Positions 10,091 through 20,214 of a DNA stretch of 51,824 nucleotides are shown here, piece after piece. Every line of letters begins with the position of its first letter. The first letter of the stretch is position 1. A model generated the notes under the pieces. That model did no database searches and was not told the DNA's origin. It was given only the letters and a program-made list of their open reading frames with translations. Made by a program: the position numbers and the translations under genes. The stretch is from Candidatus Scatovivens sp. (GTDB lineage: Bacteria > Bacillota > Clostridia > TANB77 > CAG-508), in NCBI GenBank assembly GCA_045646345.1, contig JAZRKN010000019.1, positions 1 through 51,824 of the forward strand. The letters are read 5' to 3'.

Positions 10091-11029
10091 ATGGACTCAG
10101 GAACTAAATCTTTTTATAAAATAATGAATGAAATTTGTGAAGAAAGAAATATTAAGCAAAATATAATTTCTTATGGATGGATAACTGAATTAAGAAAAGA
10201 TAATATTTCAAAATATTTAATAGGTTATCAATTCGAATTAAATAGTGCAATTTCATATAATATTGCGGGAGACAAATTTGCTACATATGAAGTACTTAAG
10301 TCTAACAATGTTCCAACTATAGAACATAGAATGATTTTTAACCCTCAAACAAGAAGCAGATATTTTAAAAATAAATTTATAAATGATGCAAAAGAATTAT
10401 TAAAAGAAAATGATAATAAATTAGTTATAAAAGCAAATGATTCTTGTAAAGGAAAAGATGTACATTATTGCTCAACTGAGGAAGAAATCGAAGAGATTGT
10501 TAAAAAACTATTTGATGATAAAAATGATACATTAAGTGCTTGTCCATATTTGGAAATAGATTATGAATATCGAGTAATATATTTAGATGGAGAAATTCTG
10601 TATATCTATAAAAAGAAAAAACCTTATGTGACAGGTGATGGAAAATCAAAAGTAAGAGAATTAATAAATAAAAAATTTAAACAAGAACCAGTTGATTTAT
10701 CTAGAAATTTATCTTTTGATTATATTCCTCAAGAAAATGAAGAAGTTACAATTTCTTGGAAACACAATTTGAGTAGTGGTGCAGAGCCAATTATAGTTGA
10801 TGAAACGGATGAGTTTTTACCAGAAATTAGAAGAGTTGCATTGGCTGCAGGGGAAGCAATGAATATTAAATTTGCTAGTATAGATGTTGCTTTAACAAAT
10901 AATAAAGAAATTCTTGTTATGGAAGTAAATGGAAGTGTATGTATGAATAAATTTGCAGAGATAATACCAAATGGTTATGAAATAGCAAAAGAAATTTATG
11001 CAAAAGCAATAGATAAAATGTTTCAATAA
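10091..11029 (+). CDS. ATP-grasp domain protein (RimK/cyanophycin-synthetase-like ligase)
   Basis: DKFATY, VIKAN..CKGKDV, EYRV, V.GDGKS.V.ELI, NLSSG, SID and MEVNG motifs. Confidence 0.8.
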   Translation: MDSGTKSFYKIMNEICEERNIKQNIISYGWITELRKDNISKYLIGYQFELNSAISYNIAGDKFATYEVLKSNNVPTIEHRMIFNPQTRSRYFKNKFINDAKELLKENDNKLVIKANDSCKGKDVHYCSTEEEIEEIVKKLFDDKNDTLSACPYLEIDYEYRVIYLDGEILYIYKKKKPYVTGDGKSKVRELINKKFKQEPVDLSRNLSFDYIPQENEEVTISWKHNLSSGAEPIIVDETDEFLPEIRRVALAAGEAMNIKFASIDVALTNNKEILVMEVNGSVCMNKFAEIIPNGYEIAKEIYAKAIDKMFQ

Positions 11030-11128
11030 AAAAAGATATAAAACAAAACACTCTAAAAGTTTGTATATTATAATTCGCGAATATATACAGAAAACTTAAG
11101 ATTAGAGTGTTTTTTGTTTAAAAATACC

Positions 11129-11157
11129 TTGACAGTTTACAATAATACATATAAAAT
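11129..11157 (+). promoter_or_regulatory. SigA-type promoter of rny
   Basis: TTGACA-17 bp-TAAAAT. Confidence 0.7.
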
Positions 11158-11263
11158 AATAGCGTAGGTAAAAATACAATATAAATTATATAAATAATTA
11201 ACAAATTTATGGAATAATTTTGTTGTACATTGAAAAATTAATAGAAAAGAGGTAAATGTAATT

Positions 11264-12808
11264 ATGCAAACAATTTTAATTATCGTTGCCACTGTTCTAA
11301 TCTCAGGTGTAGTTTTTATTCCAATAGGAGTGACTATTAGAAAAAGAATTGCAGAATCTAAAATTCAAAGTGCAGAAAGCGAAGCTAAAAGATTAATTGA
11401 GAACGTAAAAATAGAAGCAGAAAATTTGAAAAAAGAAGAATTAATTAAAGCAAAAGAAGAAGTACTACAAATAAGAAATGAATTAGATAAAGAGATTAAA
11501 GAAAGAAGGGGCGACATTCAAGCACAAGAAAGAAGATTAATCCAAAAAGAAGAAAATTTAGAAAAACGTGTAACTCTTTACGATGGAAAAGAAAAAGATC
11601 TTGAAAGAAAATTTGCAGAAAATGAACAAAAAAGAGTTGAACTTGAAAGATTACATGAAAAAGGACTAGAAGAATTACAAAGAATTTCTGGATTAACACA
11701 AGAACAAGCAAAACAACAATTATTAGATGATTTGGACAAAGAAATAACTCAAGAAAAAGCTGCTATAATCAGAGATTTAGAAGCAAAAGCTAAAGAAGAA
11801 GCAGTAAAAAATGCAAGAGAAATTGTTAGTTTTGCAATTCAAAAATGTGCAGCTGATCACACTTCTGAAACTACAGTATCTGTTGTATCTCTTCCAAATG
11901 ATGAAATGAAAGGAAGAATTATCGGTAGAGAAGGTAGAAATATTAAAGCGTTAGAAACATTAACTGGAATCGATTTAATAATAGATGATACTCCAGAAGC
12001 AGTTATTATCTCTGGATTCGATCCATTAAGAAGAGAAGTAGCAAGAATAGCTATCGAAAAATTAATTGAAGATGGAAGAATTCATCCAGCAAAAATCGAA
12101 GAAATGGTAGAGAAAGCTAAAGAAGAAGTTGCAGCTATTATAAAGGAAGAAGGAGAAAGAGCAGCATTAGAAACTGGAGTTAACAATCTTCATCCTGATA
12201 TAATTAAATTAATTGGTAAATTAAAATACAGAACAAGTTATGGACAAAATGTATTAAATCACTCAATAGAAGTTTCTAACTTAGCTAGAATAATGGCTGA
12301 AGAGTTAGGAATAAATTCAAAAATAGCAAGAAGAGCAGGGTTATTACATGATATAGGAAAAGCATTAGACCATGATATGGAAGGAACACACGTTGAACTT
12401 GGTGTTGAAGTTTTAAGAAAATATAAAGAAAATGAAAATATTATCAACGCTGTAGAAGCTCACCATGGTGATGTTGAACCTCTTACTTTAGAAGCTGTTT
12501 TAGTACAAGCTGCTGATGCAATTTCTGCATCAAGACCAGGTGCTAGAAGAGAAACATTAGAAACATATATCAAGAGATTAGAAAAACTTGAAGAGATAGC
12601 TGATTCATTTGATGGTGTTGAGAAATCATTTGCAATTCAAGCTGGACGTGAAGTTAGATTAATTGTTAAACCAGATAAAGTTTCTGATGCAGATATGGTA
12701 ATAATGGCTAGAGATGTAGCAAAAAAAGTTGAAAGCGAAATGGAATATCCTGGTCAAATTAAAGTAAATGTTATTAGAGAATCTAGAGTTATTGATTATG
12801 CAAAATAA
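11264..12808 (+). CDS. rny: Ribonuclease Y
   Basis: N-terminal TM helix, coiled coil, KH domain ([13 protein letters not shown]), HD domain (LLHDIGKA), SRPGARRE. Confidence 0.98.
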   Translation: MQTILIIVATVLISGVVFIPIGVTIRKRIAESKIQSAESEAKRLIENVKIEAENLKKEELIKAKEEVLQIRNELDKEIKERRGDIQAQERRLIQKEENLEKRVTLYDGKEKDLERKFAENEQKRVELERLHEKGLEELQRISGLTQEQAKQQLLDDLDKEITQEKAAIIRDLEAKAKEEAVKNAREIVSFAIQKCAADHTSETTVSVVSLPNDEMKGRIIGREGRNIKALETLTGIDLIIDDTPEAVIISGFDPLRREVARIAIEKLIEDGRIHPAKIEEMVEKAKEEVAAIIKEEGERAALETGVNNLHPDIIKLIGKLKYRTSYGQNVLNHSIEVSNLARIMAEELGINSKIARRAGLLHDIGKALDHDMEGTHVELGVEVLRKYKENENIINAVEAHHGDVEPLTLEAVLVQAADAISASRPGARRETLETYIKRLEKLEEIADSFDGVEKSFAIQAGREVRLIVKPDKVSDADMVIMARDVAKKVESEMEYPGQIKVNVIRESRVIDYAK

Positions 12809-12810
12809 TT

Positions 12811-12847
12811 ATAAAAAAGACAGATAAAAAAATCTGTCTTTTTTTAT
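12811..12847 (+). terminator. Intrinsic terminator after rny
   Basis: ataaaaaagacagat...atctgtcttttttta. Confidence 0.85.
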
Positions 12848-12867
12848 TTTATTTTTTGCTTCAACAC

Positions 12868-12896
12868 TTGACACATCAAGGTTTTGAACATATAAT
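12868..12896 (+). promoter_or_regulatory. SigA-type promoter of sigH
   Basis: Perfect TTGACA-17 bp-TATAAT. Confidence 0.75.
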
Positions 12897-12933
12897 AGCG
12901 ATATAAATCGGCTTGGAGGTACTTTAGAAAGAA

Positions 12934-13581
12934 ATGTCTGATAAAAAAGTATATTTTTTTAGTGAAAGTAATAAATATAACGAAATACCAGATGAAGAAT
13001 TAATTGCGAAAATAAGATTGGGCGATATGAAAGCTCAAAACTATTTGCTTGAAAAATATAAAAGCTTAGTTAATATGAAAGCTAATAGATTTTTCTTGGT
13101 GGGCGCAGAAGATGATGATATGGTACAAGAAGGGATGATTGGGCTTTTTAAGGCAATCCAATCTTTTGATTTGGAAAAAAACAATTCCTTTAAGACGTTT
13201 GCTAATCTTTGCATTGAAAGACAATTAATAACAGCAATAAAAACTTCAAACCGACAAAAACATATACCATTAAATTCTTCTTTTTCTTTAAATACTGCAG
13301 CATATGATGAGAATGAAGATACAAGTGTAATAGAAATACTTGATACGAATGTTGTGGAAGATCCACTGGATACAATAACTAAAAGAGAATATATGGAATT
13401 TGTTGAAAGTAGAATAGAGAAAAATTTAAGTGGTTTTGAAAAACAAGTTTTAAATAGATATATACAAGGTGAAAGCTATATAGATATAGCAAATAAATTA
13501 AATTCACCAGTTAAATCAATAGACAATGCTATACAAAGAATTAGAAAAAAAGCAATTAAATGTTTAGGAAATGAAGAATAG
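12934..13581 (+). CDS. sigH: RNA polymerase sporulation sigma factor SigH
   Basis: QEGMIGLFKAI, SFKTFANLCIERQLITAIK..NRQKH.PLN, KSIDNAIQR. Confidence 0.96.
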   Translation: MSDKKVYFFSESNKYNEIPDEELIAKIRLGDMKAQNYLLEKYKSLVNMKANRFFLVGAEDDDMVQEGMIGLFKAIQSFDLEKNNSFKTFANLCIERQLITAIKTSNRQKHIPLNSSFSLNTAAYDENEDTSVIEILDTNVVEDPLDTITKREYMEFVESRIEKNLSGFEKQVLNRYIQGESYIDIANKLNSPVKSIDNAIQRIRKKAIKCLGNEE

Positions 13582-13611
13582 AATAAACTAATCAAAAATG
13601 ATTAGTTTATT
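13582..13611 (+). terminator. Intrinsic terminator after sigH
   Basis: aataaactaatca-aaaa-tgattagtttatt. Confidence 0.8.
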
Positions 13612-13671
13612 TTTATGTAAATTGTTGAAAAAACAAAATTTAAATGATATACTAGTAATGTTAATTTGTAG

Positions 13672-13747
<76 letters not shown>

Positions 13748-13785
13748 GTAATTTTTTAGAATAAATTGGAACGAAAGGAATAAAT

Positions 13786-14880
13786 ATGAAAATAGGAATA
13801 GTTGGACTTCCAAATGTTGGAAAAAGTACTTTATTCAATAGCATCACAAAAGCAGGAGCTGAATGTGCAAATTATCCATTTTGTACAATAGAACCAAACG
13901 TTGGTGTTGTTGCAGTACCAGATGAAAGAGTTGAAAAATTAGCCGAAATTTATAATCCCCAAAAAGTTACAAATGCAGTTGTAGAATTTGTTGATATTGC
14001 TGGATTAGTAAGAGGAGCTAGCAAAGGAGAAGGTTTAGGTAATAAATTCTTATCACATATAAGAGAAGTAGATAGTATTCTTCAAGTTGTAAGATGTTTT
14101 GAGAATTCAAATATAGTTCATGTTGATGGAAATATAGATCCGCTTCGTGATATAGAAACAATAAATCTTGAATTGATTTTTGCAGATTTGGAAACAATAG
14201 AAAAAAGATTAGATAGAGCAAGAAAACTTTTAAAAGCTGATAAAAAATATCAATTTGAAATAGACACATTAGAAAAAGTAAAAGAAACTTTAAATAATGG
14301 AAAGTGTGCAAGAACAATTGATTTAACAGTGGAAGAAAAAGATGTTTTAAAAGAGAGCTTTTTGTTAACTTTAAAACCTGTGTTATATGTTGCTAATGTT
14401 TCAGAAAACGAACTTGAGAATGCAGACTTAAATGAAAATGTAAAGAGAGTAAAAGAATTTGCAAAAACAGAAAATGCTGAAGTTATTCCTCTTTGTGTAA
14501 AAATAGAAGAAGAACTAAGTGTTTTGGAAAAAGATGAAAAACAAGAAATGTTAGAAGCTTTAGGATTAGATGAATCAGGTTTGGATAAATTAATAAAAGC
14601 TAGTTACAAATTATTAGGATTAATGTCATTCTTAACTGCTGGAGAACCAGAAGTTAGAGCATGGACAATAAAAATTGGGACTAAAGCACCTCAAGCTGCT
14701 GGAAAAATTCACTCTGATATTGAAAGAGGATTTATTAAAGCAGAAGTTGTTTCATTTGATGATTTAATGAAATGTGATGGTTCAATGGTTCAAGCAAGAG
14801 AAAAAGGGCTAATTCGCCAAGAAGGAAAAGAATATATAATGCAAGATGGAGATATAGTTTTATTTAGATTTAATGTTTAA
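13786..14880 (+). CDS. ychF: Redox-regulated ribosome-binding ATPase YchF
   Basis: GIVGLPNVGKST, NYPFCTIEPN, DIAGLV.GAS.GEGLGNKFL, C-terminal TGS domain. Confidence 0.98.
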   Translation: MKIGIVGLPNVGKSTLFNSITKAGAECANYPFCTIEPNVGVVAVPDERVEKLAEIYNPQKVTNAVVEFVDIAGLVRGASKGEGLGNKFLSHIREVDSILQVVRCFENSNIVHVDGNIDPLRDIETINLELIFADLETIEKRLDRARKLLKADKKYQFEIDTLEKVKETLNNGKCARTIDLTVEEKDVLKESFLLTLKPVLYVANVSENELENADLNENVKRVKEFAKTENAEVIPLCVKIEEELSVLEKDEKQEMLEALGLDESGLDKLIKASYKLLGLMSFLTAGEPEVRAWTIKIGTKAPQAAGKIHSDIERGFIKAEVVSFDDLMKCDGSMVQAREKGLIRQEGKEYIMQDGDIVLFRFNV

Positions 14881-14987
14881 TATTACAATTATGTTAAAAA
14901 AGTAAAATCATGTCAAAAAAACTTGCAATGCAAAAATATATTATGTTATAATATGAACAGATGTTAAGTTATAGGGAGATGGGAAAT

Positions 14988-15377
14988 ATGTTAAAATTAT
15001 TCAAAGAAAAAATGTTAGTTAGTTTAGTAGTGGTTATGCTAGTTGCTTTAGTATTTGGAAGCATTAGTTCTTTAGCTACAACAATTAAACCTTCATCAAG
15101 TACAAATAATACAGCTAATACAGCTGCTGATGACAATACTGTTGGAGCTGCAGTAAATACAAATACTAATACAAATAAAGCTTCAAACACAAATAAAGCT
15201 ACTAATACAAACAAAGCTACAAACACTAATAAAAATGTAGCAAATACAAATAAAAACACAAACAAAGCTAGCAAATTACCATACGCTGGTTCTGATTCAT
15301 CATTAATTTTTGTTGTTATAGCACTTTCTGCATCTGCAGTATATGCTTACAAAAAAGTTTCTGATTACAATGTTTAA
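14988..15377 (+). CDS. Small secreted N/T/K-rich protein with a sortase sorting signal (LPYAG)
   Basis: Signal peptide (..SSLA), NTNKA repeats, KLPYAG + hydrophobic helix + KK tail; own TTGCAA promoter and terminator; start inferred at ATG 14988. Confidence 0.8.
   Translation: MLKLFKEKMLVSLVVVMLVALVFGSISSLATTIKPSSSTNNTANTAADDNTVGAAVNTNTNTNKASNTNKATNTNKATNTNKNVANTNKNTNKASKLPYAGSDSSLIFVVIALSASAVYAYKKVSDYNV
15168..15270 (+). repeat. Degenerate ~18-bp coding tandem repeat (NTNKAS/T)
   Basis: aat-aca-aat-aaa-gct-xxx units, about 6 copies. Confidence 0.8.
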
Positions 15378-15398
15378 TTAAAAACTAACGATAAATAT

Positions 15399-15424
15399 AA
15401 AGCACACATTTTGTGTGCTTTTTT
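15399..15424 (+). terminator. Intrinsic terminator
   Basis: aaagcacaca-ttt-tgtgtgctttttt. Confidence 0.85.
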
Positions 15425-15627
15425 GAATTTTAAAAAGATATTTTATAAATAAAATATGTACAATATTTTGGATAAATAAACATGATTTTATGAAAAAATA
15501 TATCACAAAAATTTAAAGAAAAAAATGATATAAAAAGTTCTTAAAAGTGTTGATATTTTTAGAAAAACTTGCTATAATGTAGAAAAATTTTAAAGTTTAC
15601 AAAAGATACAGATAAAATTCTTTATTT

Positions 15628-18600
15628 GTGTCTTTTTTGTTTTTTGAAAAGTTTAATATGAAAGGAAGAAGAGCTTTGTTTTGGGAAAAATTAAATCAAA
15701 ATAAAATATATGTGATTTTAGTTGTTGTAATTTGTGTTTTAGCAGGCACAATGTATTCTATAAAATTTACTCCTAAAGAATCGCTTTCATCTTCAACAGT
15801 GATGTTGATTAAAAAGCAAAGTGATAAAGGAAATCAAGGGGCGTTAGAGTTATCTGATAATTTAGTTTCAACATTTGAAGAAGTTGTGAAAAGTGAATTA
15901 ACAGTGGCCAAAGTAAAATCAAATTTAAAATTAGATTTAGAAAATAAAGAATTGAATGAAAAAATTGAGTTAAATAGAGTATCATCATCAGATACGTTTG
16001 AAATTAATGTTCAAGATTTTAGTGGAGAACGTGCTGTAAAAATAAACAAAGAAGTATTAGCGGTTTTTTCAACAAGAATAAATGATATGTACGGAGAAAA
16101 TGAAGTTTATATTATAGATGCTCCTCATATAATTAAAACAGTTTATAAAACACCAGTATACGTGTATTTTATTGCAAGTATATTTGTTGGTCTATTTATA
16201 AGTGCTGTATATATTTTTGTATTAATAAAAGTTGAAAAGAATATAAAATCAGTTGTAGATCTTGAAATTGAAGTGTTTTTAAAACCGTTAGCTCAAATTC
16301 CTTTAAAAGAAATAAATAAAAAAGAAAAAAATCTAAAATCTGAATTGATTTGTTATGATAATGAAAAAACAGAAATATCAAAAGCATTTAAAACTTTAAG
16401 AACTAATTTGCAGTTCTTAGCTGTTAATAATGAAAAACAAAATAAAGTTATATTAGTAACAAGCTCAATGCCATTTGAAGGTAAATCTTACATAGCTAGT
16501 AATATGGCAATTAGTTTTGCAGAAATAGGAAAAAAAGTTGTTTTGATAGATGCTGATATGAATTCTGGAAGATTAGATAAATTATTTAATTTACCAAATA
16601 ATTTAGGTTTATCAAATTATTTATCTGGTTTGGATGCTAATGGAGTAGAAACGAACGAATTTTTAAATAAATTTGTAAAAGAAACAGCAATTAAGAATTT
16701 AAATTTAATTACTTCTGGAACAGTACCACCAAATTCATCTGAATTGTTAGCAACTACAAAAATGACAGAGTTGATTAAAGATTTAAAAGTGTTTTACGAT
16801 ATAGTTATAATAGATGGGACTTCATGCTTAACTTCAACAGATTCTTTAATATTAACCAGATTAGTTGGTTCAACTGTAATCGTTGCAAATTATAGAAAAA
16901 CTAAAAAAGATGATATCTTAAAAACAAAAAGAGATATTCAAAATGTTGGTGGAAAAATTACAGGTGTTGTTCTAAATAGAGTAAAATTGAAAAAGAAAAG
17001 AAAATCAAAAGCAGAAAGAAAAGAAGATTTTGCTAAATTTAGAATAAATGTCAAAGAAAAAATTTCTGCTGCAAAAAAATATATAAAAGAAAAAATACTA
17101 GATTCTAAACAAAAATTATTAGCAGAAAAAACTTATGAAGAAACTATAAATAAAGAAAAAGTAACTGTAGAAAACGAAGAAAATAAAAACATTTTTAAAG
17201 ATGTAAAAGAAAAATTAAATAAAGTTATAAAAAAACAAGAAAACGCAGAAACTAAAGAAATAATTTCTGAAGAACAAAAAAAGAATAAAGAGTTTGATTT
17301 AGTATCTAATGTTTTAAGTTTTGTATTTGGAACAAAAGAAAAATTTGTTAAAAAATTTTCAGAAAAACAAGAAAAAAATGATGAAATTTTAAATGTTGAA
17401 AATGAAAAACAAATAGAAAAAGTAATCGAAGATAAAGTTGTTGAAGAAAATGCAGAAACAAAATCAGGAGAAGATAAAAAAGATTTTTCGGTAACTTTTG
17501 GAAAAATTTCAGAAAAGTTAGTAAAAGCTAAAGAATCTACAATTGAAACAACAAAAAATCTAAAAGAAAATACAATTAATGCATACAATAGAACTAAAGA
17601 AAATTGTATTAAAAAATATAATAATATTTTTGATAAGAAAAATGTTGAAGAAATCAAAGAACAAGAAAATATACAACAAGAACCTGAAGAAATTATAGAA
17701 GTTGAAGAAACAAAAACAGAGATTATAGATGAAGTAAAAAATGAAAATACAGTGTTGGTTATTGTTGATGCTGAAAATGGATGTTGCAGAGTTTTTAGTA
17801 AAGAATGTTTTACAGAAAAAGCAATTAGAGGAGTTGATAGAATAGATGGATTTACAAAAGCACATTATTCTATGAAACTATTAAGAAAAAGAGTTATAGG
17901 TCTAATGAGCACTTACGATTTAACTGTCGAACAAGCAAAAAGAATTGATAGCTTAGTATATATGACTTTATCTGATTATGATGATTGCATGTGGATTGAT
18001 AGAAAATTACCTTCAAATAAAGCTGAACAATATGCTAAGGCTATGTCTACTGAATTTGAACGAGGTGAAGATGAAACAGAAAAAGAATATTTAGTAAGAT
18101 GTCAAAGATTAAGAAAAAAAGAATTAGAAAAAGCTGAATTGGATATAGAATATAAATTAGATAATTTATGGAAAACTAGACAAATAAGTATTATTGATAA
18201 AATTGCAATAAAGAAATTTGCTAATTTATATGATATAGATCAAAAAATGAAAAATGATAAAGAAATTTTAAAAAGTAAAAAGAATAAAAGATTCTATTCA
18301 GATATAATTAAAGGTGCTGAAAATCGTTTAAAAAGAGCAGAAGAAAAACAAGCTCAAAAACAAAATGAAATGTTAGAAGCAGATAAAGCTCAAAGACAAG
18401 AAGAATTGAGATTAGAAAAAGAAAAAATAGAAGCTGAAAAAAGAGAAGAACTTGAAAGAATAAAAGCAGAGAAAAAAGCTGAACAAGAAAAAAATAAAAA
18501 AGAAAAAGAATTTCAAAAACAAGAAAGAAAAAGAGAAAGACAAAAACAAAGAGAAGAACAAAGGATGCAAAAAGAATTAGAAAGAGAAAACAAAGAAAGA

Positions 18601-18672
18601 GAAGCACAAATAGAAGAAGATTTATTAGAAGATAATTTGTATCCAAAAACTAAATATAATAAAAATATATAA
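15628..18672 (+). CDS. Wzz/CapA-like chain-length domain fused to a CpsD/CapB-like BY-kinase, with a very long C-terminal extension (start codon uncertain)
   Basis: Two TM helices flanking an extracellular loop; EISKAFKTLRTNL, Walker A SSMPFEGKS, A' VLIDADM, SG.VPPNSSELL, B IVIIDG, GVVLN; then ~550 aa of E/K-rich and unknown sequence. Confidence 0.85.
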   Translation: MSFLFFEKFNMKGRRALFWEKLNQNKIYVILVVVICVLAGTMYSIKFTPKESLSSSTVMLIKKQSDKGNQGALELSDNLVSTFEEVVKSELTVAKVKSNLKLDLENKELNEKIELNRVSSSDTFEINVQDFSGERAVKINKEVLAVFSTRINDMYGENEVYIIDAPHIIKTVYKTPVYVYFIASIFVGLFISAVYIFVLIKVEKNIKSVVDLEIEVFLKPLAQIPLKEINKKEKNLKSELICYDNEKTEISKAFKTLRTNLQFLAVNNEKQNKVILVTSSMPFEGKSYIASNMAISFAEIGKKVVLIDADMNSGRLDKLFNLPNNLGLSNYLSGLDANGVETNEFLNKFVKETAIKNLNLITSGTVPPNSSELLATTKMTELIKDLKVFYDIVIIDGTSCLTSTDSLILTRLVGSTVIVANYRKTKKDDILKTKRDIQNVGGKITGVVLNRVKLKKKRKSKAERKEDFAKFRINVKEKISAAKKYIKEKILDSKQKLLAEKTYEETINKEKVTVENEENKNIFKDVKEKLNKVIKKQENAETKEIISEEQKKNKEFDLVSNVLSFVFGTKEKFVKKFSEKQEKNDEILNVENEKQIEKVIEDKVVEENAETKSGEDKKDFSVTFGKISEKLVKAKESTIETTKNLKENTINAYNRTKENCIKKYNNIFDKKNVEEIKEQENIQQEPEEIIEVEETKTEIIDEVKNENTVLVIVDAENGCCRVFSKECFTEKAIRGVDRIDGFTKAHYSMKLLRKRVIGLMSTYDLTVEQAKRIDSLVYMTLSDYDDCMWIDRKLPSNKAEQYAKAMSTEFERGEDETEKEYLVRCQRLRKKELEKAELDIEYKLDNLWKTRQISIIDKIAIKKFANLYDIDQKMKNDKEILKSKKNKRFYSDIIKGAENRLKRAEEKQAQKQNEMLEADKAQRQEELRLEKEKIEAEKREELERIKAEKKAEQEKNKKEKEFQKQERKRERQKQREEQRMQKELERENKEREAQIEEDLLEDNLYPKTKYNKNI

Positions 18673-18705
18673 TTCTTAAAGTTGATTTTTCTGATATAAC
18701 AAGTG

Positions 18706-18737
18706 GCGTAGTATTATGAAAATAATACTACGTTTTT
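18706..18737 (+). terminator. Intrinsic terminator
   Basis: gcgtagtattat-gaaa-ataatactacgttttt. Confidence 0.85.
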
Positions 18738-18817
18738 AATATAAAACCTTGAAATTATTTATATATATTTATATAATATTATATGTACGATAGAAGAAAA
18801 TTTTGGAGGTATTTAAA

Positions 18818-20191
18818 ATGGGAGTTGATTCATTAACAATGATAGATAAAGCACATATTGCCAGAATGGCAATAATGAATGCGAGTTATCGTCCAAGAGA
18901 AGGAAAGGAAAGAAGCGTATTTTCTGATGCTGCTATAAAAACTGAAGAAATTAAAACACTTGCGGAATATAGGGCAATGAATACAGAAAAATTATCTACA
19001 TGGAATCCAGAAAGAGAAGATAATAACAAATTAATGAGAACATATGTTATTCCTATTCAATTACCATCTGGAGAAGAAATAGATTTAATTGTAAATGCAA
19101 AAGGGCAGGATATGGCGTGTGTTTATCGCGATGAAGAAGGTAATATGAATAGTTTCCATTTAACGTCTCGAATGCAAAAAGAAATTTTAAAAGACGCCTT
19201 AGGAGAAGAATTTAGTAAAGAAGATTTTGCAAAAATTCAAACAGTTCTTTTACCAAAAACTCTTGAAGACTTTACAGAAAAAGTAGAAAAAGACAAATTA
19301 GTTCCTGAAGGAAAAAAAGACATTAAAAAAAGAATGAAAGATAGCGGAAATAAAATTCAAGATGAAGATGAAAAAGAAGAAGGACTAACAATAGAAGAAG
19401 CCGCTGCAGCGACTGGTCTTAGTGAAGATATTTTAGAAAAATTTGCTAATGAAAATGGAAGAATTTTAGGAATAAGAGTAACAGATGATGTTGAAAGATT
19501 ATCTAAACAAATAAATTTTGAAATAGATTCACCAAATGTTATAATGATAAGAGTAAACGATGGAGCGAATAAAGACAAGGGATATATACTAAGTCCGGAT
19601 GGAAAGATATTATATTCTTCATTAGATGGAAGAGGAAATCCTGAATTAATTACAGATTTAGTAAATACAGGGTCTGTTGGAGATAATATTGATAATATAG
19701 ATAAAGCGATAGAAGATAAACAAGCTGATTGTAAAAAAGTTGTTTATGAAAATCCTGTTTCAGGAAAGAAAGATATACAATATGCGGAAAAAGGAACTGC
19801 TAAAGAGATTGATGGATATGAGAGTGATGCAAAGACAATTCTTATGGAAAAACAAATGGAAATAGAAGCTATAAAATCTATGGATATTGAAGATTCAGAA
19901 AAATTCAAACTTATGGGAGAAAAAACTTTTGAAGCAGCTAAAAAAATGGATGGTCTACAAACGGAATACGGAGTATTAGAAACACAATCAGTAAGAGATT
20001 TAACTTCAGAAGCTAATTACTATGGAGAATGTGAACAAAAATCATTAATAAAAGAAGGCTTTCTTGATGTTGGGGAAAATGTTATGGATACAGTACTTGA
20101 TATTGTAACTCCACCAAACAAATCATCAGGTTATGATGATAGAGACAAAATGGCAGAAAGAGAAGGTGGAAGGATGCCATTACAACATTAA
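18818..20191 (+). CDS. Hypothetical acidic cytoplasmic protein
   Basis: Long ORF with host-like codon usage, GGAGGT RBS before ATG 18818, upstream TTGAAA..TATAAT; no recognisable motif. Confidence 0.8.
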   Translation: MGVDSLTMIDKAHIARMAIMNASYRPREGKERSVFSDAAIKTEEIKTLAEYRAMNTEKLSTWNPEREDNNKLMRTYVIPIQLPSGEEIDLIVNAKGQDMACVYRDEEGNMNSFHLTSRMQKEILKDALGEEFSKEDFAKIQTVLLPKTLEDFTEKVEKDKLVPEGKKDIKKRMKDSGNKIQDEDEKEEGLTIEEAAAATGLSEDILEKFANENGRILGIRVTDDVERLSKQINFEIDSPNVIMIRVNDGANKDKGYILSPDGKILYSSLDGRGNPELITDLVNTGSVGDNIDNIDKAIEDKQADCKKVVYENPVSGKKDIQYAEKGTAKEIDGYESDAKTILMEKQMEIEAIKSMDIEDSEKFKLMGEKTFEAAKKMDGLQTEYGVLETQSVRDLTSEANYYGECEQKSLIKEGFLDVGENVMDTVLDIVTPPNKSSGYDDRDKMAEREGGRMPLQH

Positions 20192-20214
20192 TATAATAAA
20201 AATAGGAGAAGATT

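Noticed and set aside
11041-11119. Long hairpin as an integron attC site
   Set aside because: No canonical RYYYAAC/GTTRRRY ends, no integrase and no repeated copies in the window
17133-18646. Antisense ORFs (174, 101 and 112 aa) and similar F/L/S-rich minus-strand ORFs throughout the window
   Set aside because: Shadows of A-rich, E/K-coding sense genes; no RBS and no motifs
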